Shown here one piece after another: positions 22,166-33,499 of a stretch of DNA of 33,499 nucleotides (positions are counted from its first letter, which is position 1; the number at the start of each line of letters is the position of its first letter). The stretch lies in the NCBI RefSeq assembly GCF_001194135.2, contig NC_068987.1:54211459-54244957 (forward strand), written 5' to 3'. A program made the translations under genes and the position numbers. The notes under the pieces were generated by a model. It worked only from the letters and a program-made list of their open reading frames with translations. It was not told the origin of the DNA and searched no databases. The stretch comes from Octopus bimaculoides (lineage: Eukaryota).

Positions 22166-22645
22166 GGTATGACAGACTTACGAATTAAAAGTTGCGCTGG
22201 TGCTGTTACTATTATCGACCATACATGCGTCATGTTTGTAATTCGTAATTACATGAATCATGTGCGGTCGATAATGTTTACAACACTAGTGATGCTTTTA
22301 ATTCGTAATTGAACTTAATCATACGTATGCATTGCTGTGACATACCAGCAAATAGTTCTTACACACTTTGTATGTAGTCATAGACTGGCGATTCTATTTG
22401 TTCCCGGCTCGATTCAGGTACGTAATGTTGGTAAGCCAGAAAAATAGCGAAATATCAATATTGATCACTCCTGAATAAGACTGTGGGTGAGTTGTTCTCG
22501 CTTGTCTATGACTTTCAAGTGTTCTAATACCTAGCGTTTATGAAAGAGTCGTCCCCATCGCGCTGTTCGGCAGCGAAGCGGCGAAGAAATAAAACACATA
22601 CACTGAGTATGTGCGGTCAATAATGTATGTATGATATATACAGGA

Positions 22646-22776
<131 letters not shown>

Positions 22777-23582
22777 TGGAGACAGATTGGAGTGAAAGGG
22801 TGAAATTGAAGAAAGAATGACGTATAGTTGGGAGAAGAAAGCAGAACAACAAAGAAAGCAAATTTGTTATTGCATTGCTATANNNNNNNNNNNNNNNNNN
22901 NNNNNNNNNNNNNNNNNNNNNNNNNNNNNNNNNNNNNNNNNNNNNNNNNNNNNNNNNNNNNNNNNNNNNNNNNNNNNNNNNNNNNNNNNNNNNNNNNNNN
23001 NNNNNNNNNNNNNNNNNNNNNNNNNNNNNNNNNNNNNNNNNNNNNNNNNNNNNNNNNNNNNNNNNNNNNNNNNNNNNNNNNNNNNNNNNNNNNNNNNNNN
23101 NNNNNNNNNNNNNNNNNNNNNNNNNNNNNNNNNNNNNNNNNNNNNNNNNNNNNNNNNNNNNNNNNNNNNNNNNNNNNNNNNNNNNNNNNNNNNNNNNNNN
23201 NNNNNNNNNNNNNNNNNNNNNNNNNNNNNNNNNNNNNNNNNNNNNNNNNNNNNNNNNNNNNNNNNNNNNNNNNNNNNNNNNNNNNNNNNNNNNNNNNNNN
23301 NNNNNNNNNNNNNNNNNNNNNNNNNNNNNNNNNNNNNNNNNNNNNNNNNNNNNNNNNNNNNNNNNNNNNNNNNNNNNNNNNNNNNNNNNNNNNNNNNNNN
23401 NNNNNNNNNNNNNNNNNNNNNNNNNNNNNNNNNNNNNNNNNNNNNNNNNNNNNNNNNNNNNNNNNNNNNNNNNNNNNNNNNNNNNNNNNNNNNNNNNNNN
23501 NNNNNNNNNNNNNNNNNNNNNNNNNNNNNNNNNNNNNNNNNNNNNNNNNNNNNNNNNNNNNNNNNNNNNNNNNNNNNNNNNN

Positions 23583-23613
<31 letters not shown>

Positions 23614-23774
23614 TGTAACTGCTATTTGCGAAAAGACAAAGAGATCCACGTTTCTCATTCACTGTGCGACGCAGAGTTAGATAGTTTATCGAATGAGTTA
23701 ACTGACTTGTCTTCTCCTGATGAAGCCCTCTAAATCGAAGCGACTTGCAAATCATGGAGAGATTAACTGTACCA

Positions 23775-23823
23775 ACAGACAGACAGACAGACAGATCAGA
23801 CAGATCAGACAGACAGACAGACG

Positions 23824-23897
<74 letters not shown>
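23775..23897. repeat. (GACA)n to (GATA)n compound microsatellite
   Basis: Direct reading. Confidence 0.95.
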
Positions 23898-23898
<1 letters not shown>

Positions 23899-25090
23899 GT
23901 TATATAAAAATATGTATGCGTTTTGCAAGATTCTTGATGTGAAAGCGTATGACGAAACGGCTATTGTTATACATGGGAATGGTCAGCTTTTGCCAATGAA
24001 ACACATTCGTTGTTTATTTGATCTTCACTATGTCTTTATTATGATTGCTTTTAGTTTATTTCTCAAAGTTCTTTCAACATACATTCTGCGACTTCTTCAA
24101 CGAATTTCTGTCCCAATTGTCCCATATATATATATACATACATAATACGTACGAATATATTCATATACGTAGATATACACATATGTATGTAAATATATAC
24201 GTATGCATATATTTTCTTTTCAAAGTTTCAGCTCAGAGCTGCGGCCATGCTGATGCACCACCGTGTGTGTGTGTTTGTGCATGTATATGCATATGTTCGT
24301 GGGAAGAACCATTTCAACGATGCGTACTGCCTTTATTCTTCGAAACGCCGGTGTTTTAATGGTGGCAGCTGATGAAGGAGATGTTTCTATGTGGCTTGCT
24401 TGTTTGTTGTACCTTGTTTATCATTTTGTCCATGTTTTTTTGCCACGTCATGTACCCAGTTATGTATCTATATGTACATGTAGATGAAGGTATGTACATA
24501 CATGTACATATATATGCATATACTCATTNNNNNNNNNNNNNNNNNNNNNNNNNNNNNNNNNNNNNNNNNNNNNNNNNNNNNNNNNNNNNNNNNNNNNNNN
24601 NNNNNNNNNNNNNNNNNNNNNNNNNNNNNNNNNNNNNNNNNNNNNNNNNNNNNNNNNNNNNNNNNNNNNNNNNNNNNNNNNNNNNNNNNNNNNNNNNNNN
24701 NNNNNNNNNNNNNNNNNNNNNNNNNNNNNNNNNNNNNNNNNNNNNNNNNNNNNNNNNNNNNNNNNNNNNNNNNNNNNNNNNNNNNNNNNNNNNNNNNNNN
24801 NNNNNNNNNNNNNNNNNNNNNNNNNNNNNNNNNNNNNNNNNNNNNNNNNNNNNNNNNNNNNNNNNNNNNNNNNNNNNNNNNNNNNNNNNNNNNNNNNNNN
24901 NNNNNNNNNNNNNNNNNNNNNNNNNNNNNNNNNNNNNNNNNNNNNNNNNNNNNNNNNNNNNNNNNNNNNNNNNNNNNNNNNNNNNNNNNNNNNNNNNNNN
25001 NNNNNNNNNNNNNNNNNNNNNNNNNNNNNNNNNNNNNNNNNNNNNNNNNNNNNNNNNNNNNNNNNNNNNNNNNNNNNNNNNNNNNNNNNN

Positions 25091-25135
<45 letters not shown>

Positions 25136-25491
25136 TCAAAACATAACCTTTCAATTCCAATAAATTATACGTTCTAGTGTGCAGAATATTTCGTCACTAA
25201 CGTGATAATTGGATGAGTAAAAAGTTCAGTTTGAATACTTATCGTGGAAAACGATAGAAAAGACCTCTATATATTTATATATGTATGCGTGTACACACGT
25301 GCGTTTGTACATGTCTATGTTTTCAAAGCTCTGTGTGTTACTACTCGACGTTTCCCCCGACTTCGATCATCAGCTGAGGCTGTCTGAAACAAGAAACCCT
25401 GAATATTATTCCACTCTACCAAACAGAACTGAGAATTCTCTTAGGCTTAATTAAATTTCACAACACTGTAATACTACTACTACTACATACA

Positions 25492-25522
<31 letters not shown>

Positions 25523-25669
25523 TTCGGTGTTATATTTGTCTGGCATGTGATTTGATCTGAGAGCGTGCGTTGAAGGTAAATTAATTACATATTCTGTAAT
25601 TACTATATATAAATTCATTTATATATTTAAGTATGCATATATGACTACATGCAGCAGGGTGCGTGTGTG

Positions 25670-25699
25670 TGTAGTAGTAGTAGTAGTAGTAGTAGCAGC

Positions 25700-25750
<51 letters not shown>
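25670..25750. repeat. (TAG)n microsatellite
   Basis: Direct reading. Confidence 0.97.
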
Positions 25751-25756
25751 TTATAT

Positions 25757-25968
25757 AAGGCGAGCTGGCAGAATCGTTACAGCGCCGGCGAAAAGGCTTA
25801 GCGGCATTTCGTCCGTCTTTATGCTCTGAGTTCAAATTCCGCCGAGGATAACTTCGCCTTTCATCTTTTCGGGTCGACAAAATAAGTACTAGTTGAGCAC
25901 TGGGGTCCCTGTAATCAACTTACTCCCTCACGGAACTTATTGGCCTTTTGCCAAAATTTCAAAGCAAT
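25757..25968 (+). mobile_element. SINE family A
   Basis: AAGGCGAGCTGGCAGAATCGTTAC..CTGAGTTCAAATTCCGCCGAGG..TAAGTACTAGTTGAGCACTGGGGTC. Confidence 0.9.
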
Positions 25969-25974
25969 ATATAT

Positions 25975-26089
<115 letters not shown>

Positions 26090-26458
26090 CACACGCACAT
26101 ACATAAATACCTTAAAATGTACTTTCATACATACCTGCAAATATACATATATATATATATATGTAAATAAAATATATGTACGTATGAACGAATTTGTCTG
26201 TGTACCTAAAAATGGATGGCTGACAACAATAGGAAACTCTACACCGTAACTATCATGAAACCTTTTCTCAATGCACAACTGCATACAATATACTCGAGCT
26301 TAGAAAAGGCACGGATACTTAAGAGATGTTTAGGTCTTATGAAGTTGTAGCACGATCTGATGCGAGATTAATTATGATGTACATTGCATCTTTACATTGC
26401 TGAGGATATGAATTTTTTCAATAATAATTTTTAAAAACTTGTATTATTCGATAATTGA

Positions 26459-26620
26459 AAGGTGGTGAGCTGCCGACCTTTCAGCTATTGAATAATAGGT
26501 GTTTTATCGTGCCGGACAAAAGGCTTAGTATTTTACCGACTTTATGATCTGAATTCAAATGCCGCCGGGTTCGACTTTTGCTTTTCATGTTTTTGGAATT
26601 AGGCCTTGTGTTTTGAGAAT
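26459..26620 (+). mobile_element. SINE family A, decayed
   Basis: GGTGGTGAGCTG..GCCGGACAAAAGGCTTAG..TGAATTCAAATGCCGCCGGGTTCGACTTTTGCTTTTCAT. Confidence 0.6.
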
Positions 26621-26664
26621 TAGGTCATGTGCCTATAGAAGAAAGGATTATTAAACAGCAGAGA

Positions 26665-27270
26665 AAGGAGAGATGACAGCACAGTCAGCATGCTGGACAA
26701 AATGTTTAGTGGAATTTAGTTTGTCTTTATGTTCTGTGTCCAAATTCCGTCGGTGAAGGCGCAATGGCCCAGTGGTTAGGGCAGCGGATCGCGGTCATAG
26801 GATCGCGGTTTCGATTCCCAGACCGGGCGTTGTGAGCGTTTATTGAGCGAAAACACCTAAAAGCTCCACGAGGCTCCGGTAGGGGATGGTGGCGAAACCT
26901 GCTGTACTCTTTCACAACAACTTTCTCTCACGCTTACTTCCTGTTTCTGTTGTGCCTGTAATTCAAAGGGTCAGCCTTGTCACACTGTGTCACGCTGAAT
27001 CTCCCCGAGAACTACGTTAAGGGTACACGTGTCTGTGGAGTGCTCAGCCACTTGCACGTTAATTTCACGAGCAGGCTGTTCCGTTGATCGGATCAACTGG
27101 AACCCTCGACGTCGTAAGCGACGGAGTGCCAACATATCCAATTCTGTCAAGGTCGACTTTGCCTTTCATCCTTTTGGGGTTGATGAAGTAAGTACCAGTC
27201 AAGTACTAGGGTCAGTGTAATCGGTCAAATCTCCAACCCCAAATTTCAGGTTTTGTGATAAAATTTGAAA
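26665..27270 (+). mobile_element. SINE family A split by a family B insertion
   Basis: The 5' half ends at 26751 (CAAATTCCGTC). The 3' half resumes at about 27135-27150 with AAGGTCGACTTTGCCTTTCATCC..AAGTACCAGT. Confidence 0.8.
26752..27134 (+). mobile_element. tRNA-derived SINE family B, full length
   Basis: A box TGGCCCAGTGG, B box GGTTTCGATTCCC, and 3' domain GTGGAGTGCTCAGCCACTTGCACGTTAATTTCACGAGCAGGC..GACGGAGTGCCAACA shared with 8452-8640. Confidence 0.9.
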
Positions 27271-27529
27271 TATGGTGTTTCCTTCACACAATTCCTACCA
27301 CAAGTTATTATCCAACTCGAAGCTACAGTAAGAAGATAATTGCCTAGAGATGCCCACAGGGAGAATGAGCCTGGAAACACGAAGTCTCAAATCGAAGTTT
27401 TAAATCACTCAGCTATAATATTATATATAACATATAATTAGATACAGCAGTGTGTGTAATATATGATATTTTATATAATGATGGACTTATGAGTGCACAG
27501 TTTTTGCTGAACGACCTGCACAAATGATT

Positions 27530-27725
27530 TGTTTATTGTGATTAAATGTATGCACTGTACATTAGATCGATCTCTCTCTCAAATCGATGCCGAAATGATC
27601 TTAGAGCAACGTTAACTGAGATGTTTTACTCAAGAGAATACAACGCGCTGCCGAGTCCAGCAATCGAACCCACGATCTAACGATCGTGAGTGCAACGTCC
27701 TAACCACGAGGCCACGCGCATTCAC
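27530..27725 (-). mobile_element. tRNA-SINE head related to family B
   Basis: Reverse complement GTGAATGCGCGTGGCCTCGTGGTTAGG..GTGGGTTCGATTGC contains A and B boxes. Confidence 0.7.
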
Positions 27726-27750
27726 TATTCTTATATTATGTTATATTATA

Positions 27751-28319
27751 TCTATACATATAAATCTGACATGGGCGATTCTTTCTTGTCTTGGGATTTA
27801 CGGTCAAACGGCTGGGTGGAATTGCGCGAAAAATTACACAGATGTGTAGAATGATCCGGTGGTTACTGAGATAATCTACTATAATAATACTCTTGTGTTT
27901 ATGAATGAGAAAGGAATGGGTAATAGATGAATATGGAAGGAAGGGATGTCATACTTGGTAGTGTATGCTGAAAAAATAAATCAAACAGCATTTCAACTCT
28001 GTGTGAATATATGTGTGTGTGTATGTAAAAGTGGGCTATGAGAATGTGTGTATATGCATGTGTGTATGTGCGTGTGCGTGCGAAATGGAAGTGAGATGGT
28101 TCATCTATGTTCGCTTAGTATTTGGGTTTATTTTTTGATTTGGTTGAATCTTGGTTGTTTTTTTTTTGTCAGTTATTTTTTGCGTTTTGGCAGAAAAAAA
28201 GTCATTTCTAATATTGCTTTTTAACGTAAGCGTGCCCAAACAAGTCGAATGCTTACACAGAGCAGGTTTTACAGCCACATCATCCAAACCGACCGGGTGG
28301 AACCGGGCTTAGCTGCTAG
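27751..28319 (+). mobile_element. Probable non-autonomous Helitron
   Basis: 5' end A|TCTATACATATAAA at 27750-27764. 3' end CCGG-GTGGAA-CCGG hairpin followed by CTAG|T at 28316-28320. Internal TG-rich tract. Confidence 0.45.
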
Positions 28320-28646
28320 TATATATATNNNNNNNNNNNNNNNNNNNNNNNNNNNNNNNNNNNNNNNNNNNNNNNNNNNNNNNNNNNNNNNNNNNNNNNN
28401 NNNNNNNNNNNNNNNNNNNNNNNNNNNNNNAATATCACATCATCCATTAACTATTTTTACAAATAATTTTTATTCGCGTCAACATTTATATAGAAAAATA
28501 TTACATTTGAATGATGACAACTTTCTGTATTTAGCCTTTTGGCTATTGTCGTTCATTCATTCTGAAATGAAAATTTCAGTTTATATTTAGCTTACGCAAA
28601 CCTTAGGCTCAGTGGGTAAATCTATTCTATTCGATACAGCACAAGC

Positions 28647-28723
<77 letters not shown>
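28647..28723. repeat. (GAAA)n microsatellite
   Basis: Direct reading. Confidence 0.97.
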
Positions 28724-29499
28724 ACAAAATTTCCATACTGAACATATTACAGGATAGATTTTATGTAATATGTATCACTGCATGATAGATGGTGTTTGGT
28801 ATGTAAATGTATGCATACGACAAGATGCAGGTGATAGTGCAGCACTGAAGAGAAATACGAACAAAGTATTCGGCTAAAACTTTAGACTCACATTTAGACA
28901 AACAAAATATAGGAAGAGTATATGAAACACAAGAAGCTGTGAATATTCATGAAAACAATCTCCTGAAAATGATTCATGCAAGGAAAGTTCCCAACTCTAG
29001 ATTGGTTCTAGGACGAAATTTCTATGATTTGATGTTGAGGTTTTTCATGTAATGTAACGGTAGAATATTGAAATTGGTACAAATATATATATATATATAT
29101 ATATATACCTACATGCTGTCATATATGTATATGAGAAGAGGGGTGGGGTACGTGAGCATTTTATTTTGGTCGAGTGAGTCTCCTGTTGCTCTGATTTTTG
29201 TCTGTATATGCACAGTATTTACGGGCAAGGCTTGTATCCGAGAGTTAATACGTCAATAATAAATAGATGAGTGTATGTGTGTGTGTGTGAGAGAGAGAGA
29301 TGTGTGTGTGTGTGTGTGTGTGTGCATACAAACATATACACATTATACATGCACACAGATACGCATACATATTCACTATATGTGCATGTATGTGTGTGTG
29401 CGCGTGTTTATGTAAACAGACAGTGACACCAATATATATGTTCACACACACAAACAACACACATGCACACGCACACACGCACGCACGCATACACACACG

Positions 29500-29537
<38 letters not shown>

Positions 29538-29539
29538 CA

Positions 29540-29707
29540 TACACTCTCTGAGTGGTTGGCGTTAGGAAGGGCATCCAGCTGTAGAAACTCTGCCAAATCA
29601 GACTGGAGCCTGGTGTTGCCATCCGGTTTCACCAGTCCTCAGTCAAATCGTCCAACCCATGCTAGCATGGAAAGCGGACGTTAAACGATGATGATGATGA
29701 TGATGAT
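29540..29707 (+). mobile_element. SINE or RTE-type 3' tail ending in (GAT)n
   Basis: GAGTGGTTGGCGTTAGGAAGGGCATCCAGCTGTAGAAAC..GCTAGCATGGAAAGCGGACGTTAAAC then (GAT)7. GC-rich, 5'-truncated, and lying between microsatellites. Confidence 0.7.
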
Positions 29708-29730
29708 ACATACATACATACATACATACA

Positions 29731-29764
<34 letters not shown>

Positions 29765-30094
29765 AGTACAAACATACATACATCTGATACAATTAATTTA
29801 ATTCACTATATTTCGGATTGATTACTTTGGAAATATCTTTCCTCTCTTCACTTCATATGAGAATGTTAATTCAGGCATAATTGCAGCATTCAGATTTTTC
29901 TGAAGATTATATGAGTTGAACTTTGTAATTATGTTTTCCGGCTAAAACAAATGAACATAGAATCGAAGTGACGCATAACCTATTGACTTATCCTTAGATA
30001 GACTAACATCTAAGCAAAATACCAGCGAATCTAGTACCTGCAACTGCAAATCTACACGCTCACGTGTGTATGTACGTACGTATGTGTGTATATC

Positions 30095-30945
30095 CTTATT
30101 CAGTTTTATTTCAAGATTTTTTTTGCCAATAGAGAAAGAACCGGTTTCTAAATTAGATCCAAGGCTCCCTCACTGGAATTTCAGCAGCATCAACAGAGTA
30201 TTTTTGCATGTATGTATGTATATGTGCAGTATTTGGAGTCAGTGCACGTGCAGATTTGTATGTTTTGTTTTATTTGTGTATTCCCATCCATATAGTTGCA
30301 CATCTGCACATGCACATATATACTTAAATGATAAACTTAAATGATAAACTTCTGGTAAATTTCACAGATTTTTACAGTTCCAGTGATGGTTTGGATCTGT
30401 AGTTTTCAAATCAGTTTTCTCCTTTCTGGTTTTGAGAAGCCTAATTTCTCAAGATTCGTACTTAGGCAATGCGTTACATATCCTAGTGACCCAATAATTA
30501 CGGGTATAAACCTGAACTTGTAATCCGGGTAGAGTAACTGTAGATTTCTCATTAGTTCAGCGTAGGTATTTTCTTTTTCACTGATCTTCAGCTTTATGTT
30601 AACATCTGCTGGACAGCTGATTTCCACAATTGTACACAGTGTCTCTTCTCCATCCCAAATCACTATGTCAGGTCTTTTATGTTTTCATTTTATTAAGGTT
30701 TTCACTGGGACATTCCACCAGTACTCTAGCATATTAGGAGTGGCGATGGCTTCTAAGATACTGAGGGTTCTTATTTCTCTGGCTCTTGGGTTATCCTTCT
30801 GACGGATCTCATTATACAAGGTCTTAGCTACAACACCATGTAGATAATACCGTGATTACATTTTCGGACAACTGTTTATGATGTGGATAATATCTTTGGC
30901 GTTAACTCGACAAATTTTTATCCGATGAACACACATCACAGCAAG
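30095..30945 (-). mobile_element. 5'-truncated R4/Dong-like (restriction-like endonuclease) non-LTR retrotransposon, 3' end plus 3' UTR
   Basis: The minus strand encodes CRVNAKDIIHIINSCPKM*SRYYLHGVVAKTLYNEI (CCHC knuckle relic), WWNVPVKT..KRPDIVIWDGEETLCTIVEISCPADVNIKLKISEKENTYAEL (PD..E endonuclease core) and LGFSKPERRKLI, with stops. The 3' UTR matches 11050-11350. Confidence 0.85.
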
Positions 30946-31029
30946 AAATGCAAATAAATGCGGCGTTTAGAAATAATACATTTCTAAATCTCTCAGAGAG
31001 ATGTATGCAGTAGTAATACGATGAAGTAG

Positions 31030-31366
31030 TTGTATGCTTTCAACTTAGTGTAACAGTCCCTGAAAGAAATAATACTACTGTTGGTTAGACCTAGGAAGCT
31101 GCACCGCTTCCTGTCAGCCTTGACACATCTCCTGTGTCCTTGTGTTTACAAGGGAGAGGTGCTTGTCTCCCCCTTGCAAACATAAGGACACAGGAGATGT
31201 GTCAAGGCCGACAGGAAGCGGTGCAGCTTCATAGGTCTCCCCCTTGTAAACATAAGGACACAGGAAATGTGTCAAGGCCGACAGGAAGCGGTGCAGCTTC
31301 CTAGGTCTAACCAACAGTAGTATTATTCCCTTCAGGGGACTGTCACATTAAGTTGACAACATACAA
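31030..31366. repeat. Fold-back with a 70-bp tandem duplication in the right arm
   Basis: 31030-31158 is inverted relative to 31235-31366; 31165-31234 duplicates 31235-31304. Confidence 0.92.
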
Positions 31367-32513
31367 ATGCGGCGTTACCCAACTCCCTCATTCATTAATA
31401 TCAAAGAGGGAGGGCTGTTGAAATGAAATAAATCAAAAGTCAGACCAATGGTGGTGCCCCAGTATAGCTACAGACTCTGCTTGGAAAAAATAAAGGTAAA
31501 AGCAAAGTACACTCACNNNNNNNNNNNNNNNNNNNNNNNNNNNNNNNNNNNNNNNNNNNNNNNNNNNNNNNNNNNNNNNNNNNNNNNNNNNNNNNNNNNN
31601 NNNNNNNNNNNNNNNNNNNNNNNNNNNNNNNNNNNNNNNNNNNNNNNNNNNNNNNNNNNNNNNNNNNNNNNNNNNNNNNNNNNNNNNNNNNNNNNNNNNN
31701 NNNNNNNNNNNNNNNNNNNNNNNNNNNNNNNNNNNNNNNNNNNNNNNNNNNNNNNNNNNNNNNNNNNNNNNNNNNNNNNNNNNNNNNNNNNNNNNNNNNN
31801 NNNNNNNNNNNNNNNNNNNNNNNNNNNNNNNNNNNNNNNNNNNNNNNNNNNNNNNNNNNNNNNNNNNNNNNNNNNNNNNNNNNNNNNNNNNNNNNNNNNN
31901 NNNNNNNNNNNNNNNNNNNNNNNNNNNNNNNNNNNNNNNNNNNNNNNNNNNNNNNNNNNNNNNNNNNNNNNNNNNNNNNNNNNNNNNNNNNNNNNNNNNN
32001 NNNNNNNNNNNNNNNNNNNNNNNNNNNNNNNNNNNNNNNNNNNNNNNNNNNNNNNNNNNNNNNNNNNNNNNNNNNNNNNNNNNNNNNNNNNNNNNNNNNN
32101 NNNNNNNNNNNNNNNNNNNNNNNNNNNNNNNNNNNNNNNNNNNNNNNNNNNNNNNNNNNNNNNNNNNNNNNNNNNNNNNNNNNNNNNNNNNNNNNNNNNN
32201 NNNNNNNNNNNNNNNNNNNNNNNNNNNNNNNNNNNNNNNNNNNNNNNNNNNNNNNNNNNNNNNNNNNNNNNNNNNNNNNNNNNNNNNNNNNNNNNNNNNN
32301 NNNNNNNNNNNNNNNNNNNNNNNNNNNNNNNNNNNNNNNNNNNNNNNNNNNNNNNNNNNNNNNNNNNNNNNNNNNNNNNNNNNNNNNNNNNNNNNNNNNN
32401 NNNNNNNNNNNNNNNNNNNNNNNNNNNNNNNNNNNNNNNNNNNNNNNNNNNNNNNNNNNNNNNNNNNNNNNNNNNNNNNNNNNNNNNNNNNNNNNNNNNN
32501 NNNNNNNNNNNNN

Positions 32514-32830
32514 CGAACTCCCGCCTTCACCGTGAACAGGAATTAATCTTCTATTTTCACTTCTTTGCAACACTTGGGCTCAACTCTCCTCCCCTCTTCA
32601 TTTGACTCCCTTCGTCTCCTCTCTTCTTCTAACACCTACTTCCTCTCTTCACTCCTACCCACCTTCTCCCTTCGTTGATACCCCTCTATCCTCCCCCACA
32701 CACCCCCACATCCCACTCCCGCATACCCCACTCCTACCCCCCACATCATCACCCCAAACCCACAATGTAACTACCCAAATTCCTGACAAAGTTGTAGACC
32801 ATCGAAGCGGGAAAGCTCCAGACACGTCGT
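32514..32830 (+). mobile_element. Penelope-like element 3' end: GIY-YIG C-terminus, C-rich UTR, decayed HHR-like motif
   Basis: After the gap the frame reads RLHREQELIFYFHFFATLGLNSPPLFI* (stop at 32603-32605), like the ExxLIFxLxTxxPxGLN end of Penelope endonucleases. CTGACAA..GAAA lies at 32783-32814. Confidence 0.6.
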
Positions 32831-33014
32831 GAAGATTATCTTTCTTAACATACAGCAAGCAGAGTGTGTAGTAGCCAGGTTATCGTGAAAGTTGGGGAGA
32901 GAGAGAGGGAACAAGAGTCTGAACATTTAATGTGCGCACGTGGGTACGTGTTTGTGCATGTGTGTGTTCGTGCGTGCGTGTGTGAGTGTATGTGAGTGTA
33001 TGAGTACGTATACA

Positions 33015-33143
33015 TACAAATAGATAGATAGTTAGATACACATACATAGAGACAGACAGGCAGGCAAGCAGGCAGGCAGGCAGGCAGGTAGACAGGCAAG
33101 CAGGCAGACAGGCGGTCAGACAGACAGGGTGATAGACAGACAA

Positions 33144-33182
<39 letters not shown>

Positions 33183-33300
33183 TACAGACAGAAAGACAGG
33201 CGGTCGCATGGACGGACGGACGGACGGACGGACGGACGGACGGACGGACGGACGGACGGACGGACGGATGGATGGGTAGACAGAAAGACAAACAAACAGC

Positions 33301-33331
<31 letters not shown>

Positions 33332-33341
33332 TTATCTATCT
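33015..33341. repeat. Compound tetranucleotide array (GATA, GACA, GGCA, GGAC, GGAT, TATC)
   Basis: Direct reading. Confidence 0.95.
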
Positions 33342-33342
33342 A

Positions 33343-33498
33343 ATTAAGGAACCTGGCATGGGTGGGGCCCTGATCAATTTGGATCAATCCAAAGCTTTCG
33401 ATAGGGTAGACCATCGATACTTGGAGGCCGTCCTCGAAGCGGCCGGCTTCGGTCCCGTTTTCCGCGGCTGGATGGCTGCCTTGTACACAGGCATCCGT
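33343..33498 (+). mobile_element. Tx1/L1-clade reverse transcriptase fragment, open to the window end
   Basis: IKEPGMGGALINLDQSKAFDRVDHRYLEAVLEAAGFGPVFRGWMAALYTGIR contains the LDxxKAFDRVxHxYL..GFG..F..W..LY RT motif. There are no stops, it is GC-rich, and it starts directly after (TATC)n. Confidence 0.88.
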
Positions 33499-33499
33499 T

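Noticed and set aside
23713-23760. TCTC CTGATGA AGCCC..GC GACTTGCAAATC ATGGAGA hammerhead-like string
   Set aside because: GAAA is missing and helix II does not pair; possibly a very old copy but not supportable alone.
26755-26830. tRNA-like A and B boxes
   Set aside because: These are SINE heads: no full cloverleaf, and they continue into the SINE body.
28843-28895. CTGAAGA GAAATAC..GTATTC
   Set aside because: Helix II is plausible but there is no GAAA, helix III or cleavage triplet.

Overview
This is AT-rich, non-coding eukaryotic DNA from a draft assembly with nine N-gaps, packed with microsatellites and transposon debris. The repeat families look like those of a coleoid cephalopod, probably Octopus; that is inferred from remembered repeat sequences, not a search. 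I found no intact host gene, and almost all ORFs in the supplied track are microsatellite or N-gap artefacts. Recognisable coding relics are an intronless, frameshifted pyruvate dehydrogenase E1-alpha fragment (13639-14164), a deleted mariner transposase, two R4/Dong-like LINE 3' ends, a CR1/L2-group RT piece, a Penelope GIY-YIG end and a Tx1/L1-like RT running off the window end. There are also at least three tRNA-SINE families, a Tigger-like MITE and a probable non-autonomous Helitron. The most interesting signal is about ten minimal type I hammerhead-ribozyme (HHR)-like motifs from several unrelated families (CTGANGA, helix II, GAAAC, short palindromic helix III, GTH). The best are at 2049-2096 and 22126-22165. 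Two fold-back elements (12722-13098 and 14412-14584) are each built from two head-to-head HHR-like arms, and they bracket the PDHA retro-fragment. All folding was done by eye and no ribozyme activity is demonstrated.
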